Shown here: positions 1-10,549 of the stretch, piece after piece
How positions within the stretch are numbered: the first letter of the stretch is position 1
Layout: each line of letters opens with the position of its first letter
Source of the DNA: a virus
Lineage: Duplodnaviria; Caudoviricetes
DNA length: 64,000 bases
Virus record (IMG/VR): IMGVR_UViG_3300028886_000035
Coordinates: 160,001 to 224,000 of that record
Strand: one strand, 5' to 3'
The notes under the pieces: model-generated
The model's input: the letters and a program-made list of their open reading frames with translations, nothing else
Told to the model about the DNA's origin: nothing
The model's database searches: none
Made by a program: the position numbers and the translations under genes

Positions 1-175
1 ACTTTTTTGTCTTTTTGATTATAATCTATCGTATAATTTTGAATCCACCAATTTAATTCATATCTTTTTCTGGTTTTTATTAAATTTATTCTTAGTATAC
101 CATCATTTATATTAATTATTCTGTACTATTCAGGACGAATTACTTTTAAATGCTCATTGCGTGATATTTTTATTT

Positions 176-550
176 TCATAATCCATTTACTCTCGTATAC
201 ATATCTTTGCAATGATTATGGAATAGTTCTATATTGCTACGAATGATATTACACCATTCATTTCTTTTTTCTTTTATTCCTCTTTTAAAACAATCATTTA
301 AATGAATACAATTATCCCTCGTTTCAATGGAAAATTTGTACCCATCTATTCCATCTATTACATCTATTCTTATATCAAATATCTGTAAAAAATTATTGTG
401 AAAATAAAAGTATCCACTCCTATCTAATATTTTATATGTGATTGTCATTTTTATTTCATTATCTATTAGATAAAAGTTTTTATACCATATTTTTTTTGAT
501 AGATAATCGTTGACGGGTTTTTTGCTATTCTTTTTTAGTTCTATTTCCAT
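176..550 (-). CDS. hypothetical protein (ends ...NGL)
   Basis: 124-aa ORF, RBS-like AAGGTG upstream; no recognised family. Confidence 0.7.
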   Translation of the reverse strand: MEIELKKNSKKPVNDYLSKKIWYKNFYLIDNEIKMTITYKILDRSGYFYFHNNFLQIFDIRIDVIDGIDGYKFSIETRDNCIHLNDCFKRGIKEKRNEWCNIIRSNIELFHNHCKDMYTRVNGL

Positions 551-607
551 GCCATTTCACCTTACGATATATTTGCTACGTTTTAATATTTCTATATTAG
601 AAAAAAA

Positions 608-922
608 TTATAAACCACTTGTGTATACAATTAAATTTCCTAGAACATCAAGAGTTAAATATTTTCTGATGTATTGCGTTTGCTCTTTGTAGCCTACCAA
701 AGTGTAAATTTTATACCCTTCATCTATCCGTAAGAAAGTGCTCTTGTTAAAAATCTCTTTTTCTTCGGTTTTATCAACTATCAAATAAAATTTTATTTCT
801 AGGATATTTTGCAAGAAACTGCTTTTACCCGAATGGATTACAATTTTTAGTTTCCCTATATCTGTATCAATATAAATTTCACTTCGATAAAGCGTTCCTT
901 CTTTCTGCATTAATTTATTCAT
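608..922 (-). CDS. hypothetical protein (ends ...SGL)
   Basis: 104-aa ORF, GAAGGGG RBS, TTGACA promoter at ~944-966. Confidence 0.7.
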   Translation of the reverse strand: MNKLMQKEGTLYRSEIYIDTDIGKLKIVIHSGKSSFLQNILEIKFYLIVDKTEEKEIFNKSTFLRIDEGYKIYTLVGYKEQTQYIRKYLTLDVLGNLIVYTSGL

Positions 923-1114
923 TCCCCTTCACTCCTTTATATATACATATTATCACAATTTGTCAATATTTTCAAGTAAAAAATTGAATAGTAAAACCCT
1001 TATCAATTAGATAAGGGTTTTTGTTTGCCTATATGTAATGTTTAAAGGTAATTTATTGTAAAATGTTTTATATTCCTATTTGCTCATTGATGATAGCGTT
1101 TAATTTATCTTGGT

Positions 1115-1444
1115 TTAAAAATTGTAAAATGTTTTGTATGTTTTTTCTATATCTTGTTCCTTTGTTCCGTATATCTGTTTATTTACTAATCGTAAATAGT
1201 CAAATTCTATATTATTATAATTATATATATATCTAATATAGCTAAATTGACAGAACTTTGTACCTTCTATCGTAATAGTTATGTATACTTTGTAATTGAG
1301 TACAAAGATACATAAGGTTATATGGTAGTAATATTCTTTTGTTCTATATTCATATTCTCTAAATTTGGTTATATTATTTATTTTATTACTTGAATTATTC
1401 CATGACTTCTTAAATTCTATTTTATATGTTTTATATTGCTCCAT
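1115..1444 (-). CDS. hypothetical protein
   Basis: 109-aa ORF, AAGGA RBS; its 3' end runs through a variant of the 15-bp motif (KTFYN). Confidence 0.65.
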   Translation of the reverse strand: MEQYKTYKIEFKKSWNNSSNKINNITKFREYEYRTKEYYYHITLCIFVLNYKVYITITIEGTKFCQFSYIRYIYNYNNIEFDYLRLVNKQIYGTKEQDIEKTYKTFYNF

Positions 1445-1964
1445 TTTTACTTTCCTTTTTGGTATCTATTGTATATTTTCTCATAATTTATGTATAAATT
1501 TAACTTTTTGTCGGGAATTAAAATAATTTTTTGTATATTTATGCAACATTTAGTCTAAATCCTTATTTTTCAACGTTTTTGTTTTTAGATTAACTTTTTC
1601 CTATATATATAATAAAAAATTCTTAGCTCAATGTAAGTTTTTATCCGTAAAATTGTATTTTTACTGACTATATATTATAAAAATGTGATTTTTACCTGTA
1701 TCTTTATAAGATTTTTGTGAAAATAATACTATTTTTGTAATGTTTTGGTAATTCATGCGCGTGCGCCCATATATTTTATTGGTTATTTGATGATTTGTTG
1801 ATGAATTTAGCAATTTACTAATAGAATGAGTTGTTCATTGGCTTAATTAGTAATATTGTTCATCTAAATCAAGAATTAATTAGCATAAATTAGTGTAAAT
1901 TTTTCGTTGTTGAAAAAATTTTGGGGCGAAATGCGCGGTATGATTATATTTATTTTTTCATTGG

Positions 1965-2056
1965 TACTTTTTTACATAATTTTTACATTGAAATATAAAT
2001 TATTTATTTTTACGTAGTATACTTTTTTACATAATTTTTACATTGAAATATAAATA
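1965..2056. repeat. two direct copies of ~36 bp TACTTTTTTACATAATTTTTACATTGAAATATAAAT
   Basis: copies read at ~1966 and ~2020. Confidence 0.85.
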
Positions 2057-2163
2057 ATGTATTTTTATATTGATTTATTTCACATTGAAATATGAATGAA
2101 GTATGGTTTTAATTTAACTGTTTTATTGTACCATTTAAATTATTTAATTTCATATTTATTTGG

Positions 2164-2227
2164 TATAATTGGAAAATATGTTATAATTGGAAAATATGTT
2201 ATAATTGGAAAATATGTTATAATTGGG
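2164..2227. repeat. 18-bp tandem repeat TATAATTGGAAAATATGT x3.5
   Basis: seen directly. Confidence 0.9.
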
Positions 2228-2733
2228 AAAATAAAGATTGTTTATGTTTATGTTAATTTCTTCTTCACATACTTCATATACATTATATAAAATTTATATC
2301 TTTATCCTAGATTTATTTATCGAAAACATATCTTGTTTGATACATCTGCATGAAGATGACTTTTATTTTGAAGAATAATTTTTTTAGTTACCATTTTTCT
2401 TTATATTACACTTTTTCTTGAAAACATTTTTATAAGGTTTATTTATTTTATTATGTATGCTTTTTTGATATAAATTTGAGTTATTTTATTGACACTTTGG
2501 TATAGATTACGTTTTCATCGTTGAAAATACTGAACAATTTTGACAGGGAATTTTTCTTAAAGATTTTTTCCGTTTTATTGGTATACAAGGATTATTTATG
2601 AATAATAAAAATACACGTTCATTTTAACGTGTATAATTTATATTTATCTTTAGTGTAAATATAATTGATGAATTTTATTTTCTTTATTTTCTAAAAGATT
2701 ATATATATATATTTGTTCATAAATTATATATAT

Positions 2734-3195
2734 TTATAATCCTTCTTCAGAAATTAATATATAGCAATAATCATTAATCTGTTGAATAAATGATTTAATC
2801 TGATTAAGGTCATTTTCTGATAAATGTTCTTTTTTATTAGTAGGGATAGATTGTAAAAATTGATATTGTAAAGTATCTAAAAGTGTATTATTATTTTCGA
2901 TTTGGTAATAATTAACTCCGTGCAAAATATATCGTAATGAAGTAGATTGAGATTTTTGTTGTTCTATGAATTGAAATGCTTGTTTTTCATCTAGGATAAT
3001 TTGCAAAGGCATAAATTGAGTTGGATTTTTGAAAAAAAATTTTTTAATAGAAATGTTATATAATGGTTTATTATTGTTATGTTTGACCGATTGAATATTT
3101 TTATAATCAGTAATCAGATTGATATTCAGATAGTAATGGCAAAAGAAAATATGTAATCTATAATTTGGTGATGATGATGGATAATAAGCGTGCAT
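2734..3195 (-). CDS. hypothetical protein (ends ...EGL)
   Basis: 153-aa ORF, GAGGT RBS. Confidence 0.7.
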   Translation of the reverse strand: MHAYYPSSSPNYRLHIFFCHYYLNINLITDYKNIQSVKHNNNKPLYNISIKKFFFKNPTQFMPLQIILDEKQAFQFIEQQKSQSTSLRYILHGVNYYQIENNNTLLDTLQYQFLQSIPTNKKEHLSENDLNQIKSFIQQINDYCYILISEEGL

Positions 3196-3224
3196 GATTA
3201 ATAAACCTCATTTATGATAAATCA

Positions 3225-3746
3225 TTATAAACCTCTCACATAGGAAAGATTATTTCTAGTTTTATGAAAGATAATAGGTAATGTTTGCAGTAAATTTTGT
3301 TTTAGATTTGTATAAATATAGTTATCTTGAACATTTGTTATAATACGTTTGGATAGTGAATTAAAATTATGATTAAATTTCATAGGAACATAGTCCACAT
3401 AAATTAATTCATTTTGATTGTTTAAATGTGTAATATAAATATCTAATGATGGGTTAGGAATAGTTAAGGTAATGTATAAATCGGATTGATTATTTACTAC
3501 ATTCAATTGTTTTTTATGTTGAAAATACCCTTGTTTCAATGCAAAATCATTGGCAGTAAAACAAAGATTATAAGTAAGTAAATATGTATTTTCATTTATT
3601 GATGGATAAGATAATGGGAAAGAAAAAGGATATGTATAATCGAATTGACTATGAATATAAGTCATTGGTAGTTCACCTTCTTTACATACCATCATATAAT
3701 GCGTGGGTAGACTGCATGATATGAATAATATATTTGTTGTAGACAT
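3225..3746 (-). CDS. hypothetical protein (ends ...RGL)
   Basis: 173-aa ORF; start uncertain because it overlaps the upstream ORF. Confidence 0.65.
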   Translation of the reverse strand: MSTTNILFISCSLPTHYMMVCKEGELPMTYIHSQFDYTYPFSFPLSYPSINENTYLLTYNLCFTANDFALKQGYFQHKKQLNVVNNQSDLYITLTIPNPSLDIYITHLNNQNELIYVDYVPMKFNHNFNSLSKRIITNVQDNYIYTNLKQNLLQTLPIIFHKTRNNLSYVRGL

Positions 3747-4341
3747 TAAGATAACTTTTTAATAAAAGATAACTTTTTAATAAATGTTCAATAAAAGTAT
3801 CTGTTGTATACTTATAAATAATATTATTGATAAAAAGATTTGTTTTATGGTTTGGCATATTCGGGAAAAATTTTTTCAATTGTTTTGTAATATGATTGTA
3901 ATCTAGGTCAATACAAAAGGTGATTTGGCATAAATTATCAGTATTACCTGTTTTTTTATTTGTGGATTGAATAGTTGTATTCACATCAAAATATTTTCTT
4001 AATTTATGAAAATTATAAAATTGTAACTGATTTTTTACATGATAAAAAGAAAACTTTAATGTAATACTATTTTGATAAAGGCTTTTATTGTTATGATTTT
4101 TATGGTAATTAGCAGAATTGATATTATCATATATAATTATCTGATAATCTTCATAATACGTATTATCGGATATATGAAAATTTTGTTTCATATATAAACT
4201 TGTATTTGTCTGCTCATTAGTCATAATATAATGATAACATAACAGTTCTTTTGCCACGGACGGTTTATGATAATGATATAACTGTTGTCGATAAATAGAT
4301 AACTGTTTATCTTTAAAGTATGAATTGTATTCAGGTATCAT
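3682..4341 (-). CDS. hypothetical protein (ends ...DGM)
   Basis: 219-aa ORF, GGAG RBS inside the end of the upstream gene. Confidence 0.7.
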   Translation of the reverse strand: MIPEYNSYFKDKQLSIYRQQLYHYHKPSVAKELLCYHYIMTNEQTNTSLYMKQNFHISDNTYYEDYQIIIYDNINSANYHKNHNNKSLYQNSITLKFSFYHVKNQLQFYNFHKLRKYFDVNTTIQSTNKKTGNTDNLCQITFCIDLDYNHITKQLKKFFPNMPNHKTNLFINNIIYKYTTDTFIEHLLKSYLLLKSYLNVYNKYIIHIMQSTHALYDGM

Positions 4342-4343
4342 TT

Positions 4344-4940
4344 TTATACTCCGAAATAATGAATGTATTCTACTTCTGTAAAGGGGTTGATATATTCATA
4401 CATGAGTTTATTTATGTTTTTTAAAATACGATTATATTTTTTTTGATTGAGTCTTGTTTTGAATATTTCCAAATGTTCATCAGGGACAAAATACAATGAT
4501 AGATTTCTTGATGTTTGTTGATAAGCAGATACCATATTCTTAATCAAAAAATGGTTTAAATAAGTATAATTTTTAGAACATAGTTCTTTACTTGCAAAAA
4601 AAGAATAATTATAATTATTGCTATAGCGTTGTGCAGTCAATTCGTCGGTAATATCCATAAATTCTATACTCACAAAAACCTGTTTTTTATTTGTAATCTC
4701 AAATTCTATTTTGAAACGAAATATATCATAATTGAATGTGCATTTGCATGATATACGATTTAGCAGATTAACAAAAATAGGGGCTTGTTTTATTTGTTTT
4801 GGAATAGGAATATCATATACAATTGTTACATTGGAAAGATTTTTGTATTGATTGATATGATAAATACTAGAATAGAACGCACGATTGACGCGCTTTTTTT
4901 CTTTATTAATGGGAAATTTTGGCAGGATTGCGTTTTTCAT
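4344..4940 (-). CDS. hypothetical protein (ends ...FGV)
   Basis: ORF with GAAGGTG RBS before ATG 4940; TTGACA promoter at ~5000. Confidence 0.7.
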   Translation of the reverse strand: MKNAILPKFPINKEKKRVNRAFYSSIYHINQYKNLSNVTIVYDIPIPKQIKQAPIFVNLLNRISCKCTFNYDIFRFKIEFEITNKKQVFVSIEFMDITDELTAQRYSNNYNYSFFASKELCSKNYTYLNHFLIKNMVSAYQQTSRNLSLYFVPDEHLEIFKTRLNQKKYNRILKNINKLMYEYINPFTEVEYIHYFGV

Positions 4941-5066
4941 ATATTTCACCTTCTTATATATTATAGGTAAAGTATATCATATTTTGTTATTATTTGTCAA
5001 TATTTTTAAATATATTTTTTAAATAAAAATCCTCTATCTATGATAGAGGATTTAAAATTCATTGGT

Positions 5067-5429
5067 TTAATCTCCGTCCCAAATCCCATCAGGACGCATT
5101 TCTGCCATTGTTTTCAGTTGGATAAGTGCGCGTTTTGCGTTCCCTTCTGTAGCATCCCAATAATTATTAGATACATCATCATTTAGATTGTTGATAGCAT
5201 TGGTTAGAATTGGAATAGACTGTGCGCCTGTTTTTCCATAAATGGAACGGATACCTTTTTCCCCTAGTACATTATCCTTGTAATAATGCTTACTGTAATT
5301 GTACGTTACATTTAGGTACAGTTCTGTCGTTCCATTGATTGCATACATCCCCCCACGCATAAAGTGAGGATGGTCTACATTCAATACTTCATGCGTAATC
5401 GGGTCTGTCAGTCTAATATCATAACTCAT
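5067..5429 (-). CDS. conserved phage hypothetical protein
   Basis: 120 aa, GGGGAG RBS, promoter and terminator (5025-5055); LNVTYNYS and YW.ATEGNAKRAL motifs. Confidence 0.85.
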   Translation of the reverse strand: MSYDIRLTDPITHEVLNVDHPHFMRGGMYAINGTTELYLNVTYNYSKHYYKDNVLGEKGIRSIYGKTGAQSIPILTNAINNLNDDVSNNYWDATEGNAKRALIQLKTMAEMRPDGIWDGD

Positions 5430-5480
5430 TGTTTATTCTCCCCTTTCATACTTTTACTTCATAATACCACCATTTTTTCT

Positions 5481-5570
5481 ATTTGTCAATATGGAATATC
5501 CAGATATTTGTCAATATGTAATATCAAGATATTTGTCAATATGTAATATCAAGATATTTGTCAATATGTA
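5481..5570. repeat. 25-bp tandem repeat ATTTGTCAATATGTAATATCAAGAT x3.6 (reiterated minus-strand TTGACA)
   Basis: units start at 5481, 5506, 5531, 5556. Confidence 0.9.
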
Positions 5571-5861
5571 TTTTTATATATCATAAGTATTTATAAAAAT
5601 ATTTTTAGTCTGATATATTTTATTTTATTATTAGAAAAGTGTATAATATGAATTATTTTTCAAAAGGAATAGAGGGAAGTTCCCTTAATCCTGTATTACA
5701 GAAAAATAGTATGTACTGATATATGGGAACAAAGTGCTTGCTATTTGTTTTTATATGCAGATATATACATCTTTCCCATATGCTTTTCTCTATCCTCCTA
5801 TATATTTAATATAAAGTACCGTGATGAAAGCTACCTTTTATTAGGTAGCTTTTTTATTCTC

Positions 5862-6310
5862 TCAAAAAAAGGTCTAAAAAATTTTTTGAAAAATTTTTAA
5901 AATAGGATTTTTTCATTTCCATTTTTGGTTTTTTATTTATTGTAACATTTGTCCTATATTCTAACATGAGTCACGTTATTATGCTATACTAATGTTTGTT
6001 TTTCAAAAAAAGGTCTAAAATTTTTTTGAAAAATTTTTAAAATAGGATTTTTTCATTTTGGTTTTTGGTTTTTACCTATGGAAATTTATCGTTGTTATTT
6101 TCTATGGAATAATGCTCAAAAAAAAGGTTTAAAATTTTTTTGAAAAATTTTTAAAATAGGATTTTTTCATTTTGGTTTTTGGTTTTGACCTATATAGAAA
6201 TATGGTTTTCTATTGTGTGGTTCAATGTTATTTGCAGACTTTTTATTTATCTTGTTGATATTCTAGGATATTATCAAAAAAAAAGTAAAAAATTATATAT
6301 AAAATTTAAG
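5862..6310. repeat. three ~70-bp direct repeats (plus a partial fourth) made of phased A/T tracts
   Basis: TCAAAAAAAGGTCTAAAA..TTTTTTGAAAAATTTTTAAAATAGGATTTTTTCATTTT..TTTTTGGTTTT at ~5862, ~6003, ~6116; partial at ~6274. Confidence 0.9.
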
Positions 6311-6714
6311 CGGTGGGTTCAACATTAAAACCCCTTTAAAATAGCCTAAAATCTTCATTAAAAATTGCACGGTTTTAGAATATGGTTTATTAAAAAATAC
6401 TAAGAAAAATAATTGTTTTGAAGTGGAAAATTTAATAAACTAATATAAAATTTAAAATAATTTAATTTGACAAGAAAAACCCCGTCCGAATGATAAAACA
6501 TTTTACAGAATTACAAGATATTCTGTCAAAATTGTAAAATGTTTTATCAAAAAGCGGTAAAAATTAAAATATAGATTGATTGACGTTAAAATTTGTTAAG
6601 AATATAAACAAAAAACGGTTAAATTGCCATGAAAACAAAAAAAATTAAAAAATTAGAACATTAAAAACAATAATTTCGTTAATAAAAACAATAAAATTTT
6701 TAATAAAAAAGTTA

Positions 6715-6743
6715 TTGACAAAATCACTAGTACATGATATACT
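6715..6743 (+). promoter_or_regulatory. sigma-A/70 promoter TTGACA-N17-TATACT with extended -10 TG
   Basis: consensus match upstream of the 6803 ORF. Confidence 0.85.
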
Positions 6744-6802
6744 ATATACAGAGTTAAGGGAAAGGACAATCGTCCGATAGTTCAAAACAGGAGGAATAAA
6801 AA

Positions 6803-7213
6803 ATGGAAACGATGAACGCACAGGTACAGGTCAATGTAGCTAACGAGCTTGCTATGGAGCTTGACAAAATCCGTAGCGCGAAAAAGGAACTCGCACGTCG
6901 CGAGAAGGAACTTATTTCTAAGTTCTATGAAGCAGGTATTCTGCATGATAACTACGAGCAGGAAGAAGTCACGACGGATAACGTCGTTATCCGCAAAATC
7001 CCTGCCTTGTCGGGCAAACGCTATGACGTAGACAAGGCGCGTGCGCTTGCAGATAGCCTTGCTATCAGTCGCAAAGAGCTTGTCAATCGTGAATGGAAAT
7101 TCACGGTCAACGAGGAAAAGCTAAACGAGCTTGTGAGTGAAGGGAAGATTAGCGAGGAAGTAAAAGATAGCCTTGCAATCAAGGCAAACCGCATTAAAGT
7201 AGACGTAAAATAA
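6803..7213 (+). CDS. hypothetical early protein
   Basis: 136 aa, AGGAGG RBS, own promoter and terminator. Confidence 0.85.
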   Translation: METMNAQVQVNVANELAMELDKIRSAKKELARREKELISKFYEAGILHDNYEQEEVTTDNVVIRKIPALSGKRYDVDKARALADSLAISRKELVNREWKFTVNEEKLNELVSEGKISEEVKDSLAIKANRIKVDVK

Positions 7214-7221
7214 TCCACCAA

Positions 7222-7258
7222 CAGGCAGGGAGAAAAACTCCCTGCCTTTATTTTTTTT
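7222..7258 (+). terminator. intrinsic terminator
   Basis: AGGCAGGGAG-AAAAA-CTCCCTGCCT plus T tract. Confidence 0.85.
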
Positions 7259-7457
7259 GTAATGTATTCTAATCAGATTTTAAGGTTGATTGACCATTTG
7301 TAAAATGTTTTATAATTATAAACTGAATTGAAATAAAACATTTTACAGTATATAACCGCCGCCGAGCTATACACTATTTTAGCGAATTGTAAAATGTTTT
7401 ATACATAGCGAGGTTTTTATGTATACATGTATACATAAAAAATCTTTTGATTTATGG

Positions 7458-7486
7458 TTGACAAGTAAATATAGGTGTGCTACAAT
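7458..7486 (+). promoter_or_regulatory. promoter TTGACA-N17-TACAAT
   Basis: consensus match. Confidence 0.8.
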
Positions 7487-7551
7487 ATACTTGTAAGGTT
7501 GATAGAGAGACACCTTACAGAAACGGTTTAAGTATATAGGAGGAAACAATC

Positions 7552-7827
7552 ATGGAAAACATGGAACTGAAACAGAACATTGTCAATGCTATTGAAACAC
7601 TTGAAGAAGTTGAAGGGATTTCTTTGGAGGTGTGTGGGTCATGGCTATGGGTTGATGGTGATACCAAGCCTGTAAAGGATTTGATTAAATCCGTAGGTGG
7701 TAGATGGGCAGCAAAGAAGAAAAAATGGTATATCCGTCCTGAAGGGGCTAAATGGTTTCATAGGAAAGAGCAGGACATGGAACGTATTCGTGAAGGATAC
7801 GGAAGTGTCATGGTAAAAGAAGTCTAA
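7552..7827 (+). CDS. conserved hypothetical protein (GSWLWV.G.T...G.RW..KKK.WY domain)
   Basis: 91 aa, AGGAGG RBS, promoter, terminator at 7839-7873. Confidence 0.85.
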   Translation: MENMELKQNIVNAIETLEEVEGISLEVCGSWLWVDGDTKPVKDLIKSVGGRWAAKKKKWYIRPEGAKWFHRKEQDMERIREGYGSVMVKEV

Positions 7828-8105
7828 AGACTTCATACAGGCAGGTGGAAAAATCCACCTGCTTTTATTTTTTGTAATGTATTCTAATCAGATTTTAAGG
7901 TTGATTGACCATTTGTAAAATGTTTTATTGTGAAAATTGATACAACAATAAAACATTTTACAAATATAGTTTATCTGTTTTTGTAAAATGTTTTATGATG
8001 TATAACTAGATGAATTTTTATAATATATTCTAATCTAATTTTAAAATTGATTGACAATGCGACAATTTTTTAATTAATCTTTTAGCAAAAAATATATAAA
8101 ACATA

Positions 8106-8134
8106 TTGACAAAAACAATATAGTAGTCTATAAT
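8106..8134 (+). promoter_or_regulatory. perfect promoter TTGACA-N17-TATAAT
   Basis: consensus match. Confidence 0.85.
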
Positions 8135-8182
8135 GTATAGTGTAAGGTCAAGGAACAGAGTAAAGTGATAGGAGGAATTGTC

Positions 8183-8374
8183 ATGAAGTACGTAGTGATT
8201 AAATTTAAAGAGATGCAGAAGATTCTGCGGAACAATGGGTATACCTTAGATAGATATAATGGAGACCATTATATCTATGTGAAAAGAGGTACTAATCATA
8301 TCTCTATTAATAGGGAACTTAATCCTATGGTCGCTAGGCGGTTGATTAAGGAGAACAATCTGATTGTTGAATAA
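8183..8374 (+). CDS. HicA-like protein (no adjacent HicB)
   Basis: 63 aa; KILRNNGY.LDR.NGDH.IY pattern resembles HicA L..GF...R.GSH; AGGAGG RBS. Confidence 0.65.
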   Translation: MKYVVIKFKEMQKILRNNGYTLDRYNGDHYIYVKRGTNHISINRELNPMVARRLIKENNLIVE

Positions 8375-8610
8375 AACAATCACAGAGGGCGAAAGCCCTC
8401 TTTTAATTTATCTTAAAATTTGATTAGACAAATTTTAAGATAAATTAGCTATTTGTAAAATGTTTTATAAAGTTATCAGTTTTCAAAATAAAACATTTTC
8501 CAATTTATTGGATAGGCAATTTTGTAATGTAAAATGTTTTATTACTCACGAATTGTACATAAACTATCTATATAATGAAAAAAAATTTTTTCAAAAAAAT
8601 AAAAAAAGTA

Positions 8611-8639
8611 TTGACAAACATATGCAGGTTTGATATACT
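8611..8639 (+). promoter_or_regulatory. promoter TTGACA-N17-TATACT
   Basis: consensus match. Confidence 0.8.
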
Positions 8640-8707
8640 TAAACTGTCGAAAGGCGATAGAGAGAAATCGCCTTTAGGGTTTATAAGATTTATGGAGGTA
8701 TACTATT

Positions 8708-9394
8708 ATGTTTACTGTTACTAACATTCTCACGGTCGCTTTTAATCAGATTGCCAAAAATGGCTATATCAAAAAGACAGTCGTTGATGGGGAACGTTGG
8801 GTGCGCCGTTATGGTCGTAACACGCTCGTTCCGAATTATGTAGAGCAGGAGGGAAACACCTGCCGTGCTACGTTGAATGCACTCAAAGCAGGTGATGTAT
8901 CGTCTGATGAGACACTTGCGCAATCGTGCATTAGCACGTATCGTGCGTTTGTGGAGAAGAATCCAAATGATTTTGGGGAGCGTATGCTTTCCCTGCTTGC
9001 CAAAAGCGAACTTGACGAAGCAGATGTAATGCAGGTAGCTTTTGTACCTGTATTCTACTTCAAACAGAAAAAGCACGATGAAGCCATTCGTGCTCGTGAA
9101 GAAGAACGCAAGGAATTCAACAATAGCCTTGCAGGTGGTTTCTTTGCAGAAGTAGGTGAGAAAATTAGTACGTCCGTTACCCTTATCAAACAGGGTGGTT
9201 TTGATGGCGCGTATGGATACACACATATCTATACATTCCTTTCGGAAGATAAACACGTTCTCGTGTGGTTTAGCACGAAAGATATTGATGTAGAAGTCGG
9301 TCAAATTGTCAATATTTGTGGTACAGTCAAAGGTCACAAAGAGTATAATGGTACGAAGCAGACCATTATCACTCGTTGCAAGGTTAGCGAATAA
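8708..9394 (+). CDS. hypothetical protein with probable C-terminal OB fold
   Basis: 228 aa; C-terminal beta-rich GTVKGHKEYNGTKQTIITRCK pattern; GGAGG RBS. Confidence 0.75.
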   Translation: MFTVTNILTVAFNQIAKNGYIKKTVVDGERWVRRYGRNTLVPNYVEQEGNTCRATLNALKAGDVSSDETLAQSCISTYRAFVEKNPNDFGERMLSLLAKSELDEADVMQVAFVPVFYFKQKKHDEAIRAREEERKEFNNSLAGGFFAEVGEKISTSVTLIKQGGFDGAYGYTHIYTFLSEDKHVLVWFSTKDIDVEVGQIVNICGTVKGHKEYNGTKQTIITRCKVSE

Positions 9395-9841
9395 CCTTGC
9401 AAGAAGTTAGAGGGTTGAAAAAACCCTCTTTTTTTTTGTGTCTAAAATCGTTTCTAAGCGCGTTTAATTAGCAAGGGTATATAATCATACCTGTTTTGAT
9501 TTTTAGACAGTCAGAAACGATTTTAGCGTGTGTGAGCGTGATATATAGCACGTAGTTTATCCACCATCAGACACGATGGATTGATTCGATAAAAACATTA
9601 TGTATATTTACATAAAACATTTTACAATTTGCATAAAACAGTTTTTTTGTAAAATGTTTTATTTACGATAACTGCTACGGTTTGTAAAATGTTTTATCTA
9701 TTCACACCTGCCAAAAAAATTTTCAATTTTTATAAAAAACCTATTGACAAAAGCCTGTAAAAGAGTATAATAATAAGTGTCAAGGGGATAGAGAAACCCA
9801 AGACAAACGGTTCAAAGGTGATTGAAAGGATTGTGATTACA

Positions 9842-10549
9842 ATGGCACTCAAAAGATTTACCTATGAAAATAAGGTTATGACGAAAATGCTCCATGAAGT
9901 TCTTACGGACGCGAAAAACGTCGGAATTGACTTTATCAAATTGGCGGAATTGCCAATTGATTTGAAGGTGTATCGCTCTAGTTGCGGTCGCCGCGCTATC
10001 GCTATGGCATTTAAGACATTCGATAAAGAGTGTCACCGCAAGATGTTTAAAATCGTCTTTTCAGATGAATATGCAAAGAAACTTACAGGCCAGCATGGTA
10101 AAACCGTTCTCATGCACGAATTGGTTCACACATTGCCAAAATGCTTTAATCACGGCATGGAATTTAAGGCATGGGCAAGAAAAATCAATCGTCTCCTGCC
10201 AGGCTACAATGTTGATACTTCCTGCCGGGGGGAGGAATGGGAAGCGGTTTGTGAAATCATGGATGGGAAACGAATTGATGAACCGCGAAAGGTTATCAAA
10301 AATGAGCCTGTAAAACCAATTGAGCGTAAATTCGATAATGGGATGAGAACCTTTATCGGTTCGATTACAATGAAAAATGGTAAGGTTAAAGTCGTTGCGT
10401 TGAAAAACGCGCTTATCAAATGGATTGACGCAAAAGAATTTGAAAAAGCACGTCAAGCGAAAATGATTGCGCCTAGCGCGTTTGAGCAAGCTATGAATAT
10501 GGCAGGTATGAAGAAACGTGCAAAAGCGTTTGCCAATTACAAAGGATAA
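9842..10549 (+). CDS. SprT-like zinc metalloprotease
   Basis: TVLMHELVH...NHG.EFK.W motif; GAAAGGA RBS before ATG 9842. Confidence 0.75.
   Translation: MALKRFTYENKVMTKMLHEVLTDAKNVGIDFIKLAELPIDLKVYRSSCGRRAIAMAFKTFDKECHRKMFKIVFSDEYAKKLTGQHGKTVLMHELVHTLPKCFNHGMEFKAWARKINRLLPGYNVDTSCRGEEWEAVCEIMDGKRIDEPRKVIKNEPVKPIERKFDNGMRTFIGSITMKNGKVKVVALKNALIKWIDAKEFEKARQAKMIAPSAFEQAMNMAGMKKRAKAFANYKG

Larger units (their letters stand above)
7253..7928. repeat. 61-bp identical direct repeat (7253-7313 and 7868-7928) containing GGTTGATTGAC and the 15-bp motif
   Basis: seen directly; degenerate third copy at ~13215-13278. Confidence 0.9.

Noticed and set aside
2096-2290. ORF with IIGKYV repeats
   Set aside because: Artefact of the 18-bp tandem repeat; no RBS
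6533-6547. 15-bp motif as a CcpA cre site
   Set aside because: Shares the TGTAA start but lacks the central CG and is one base longer
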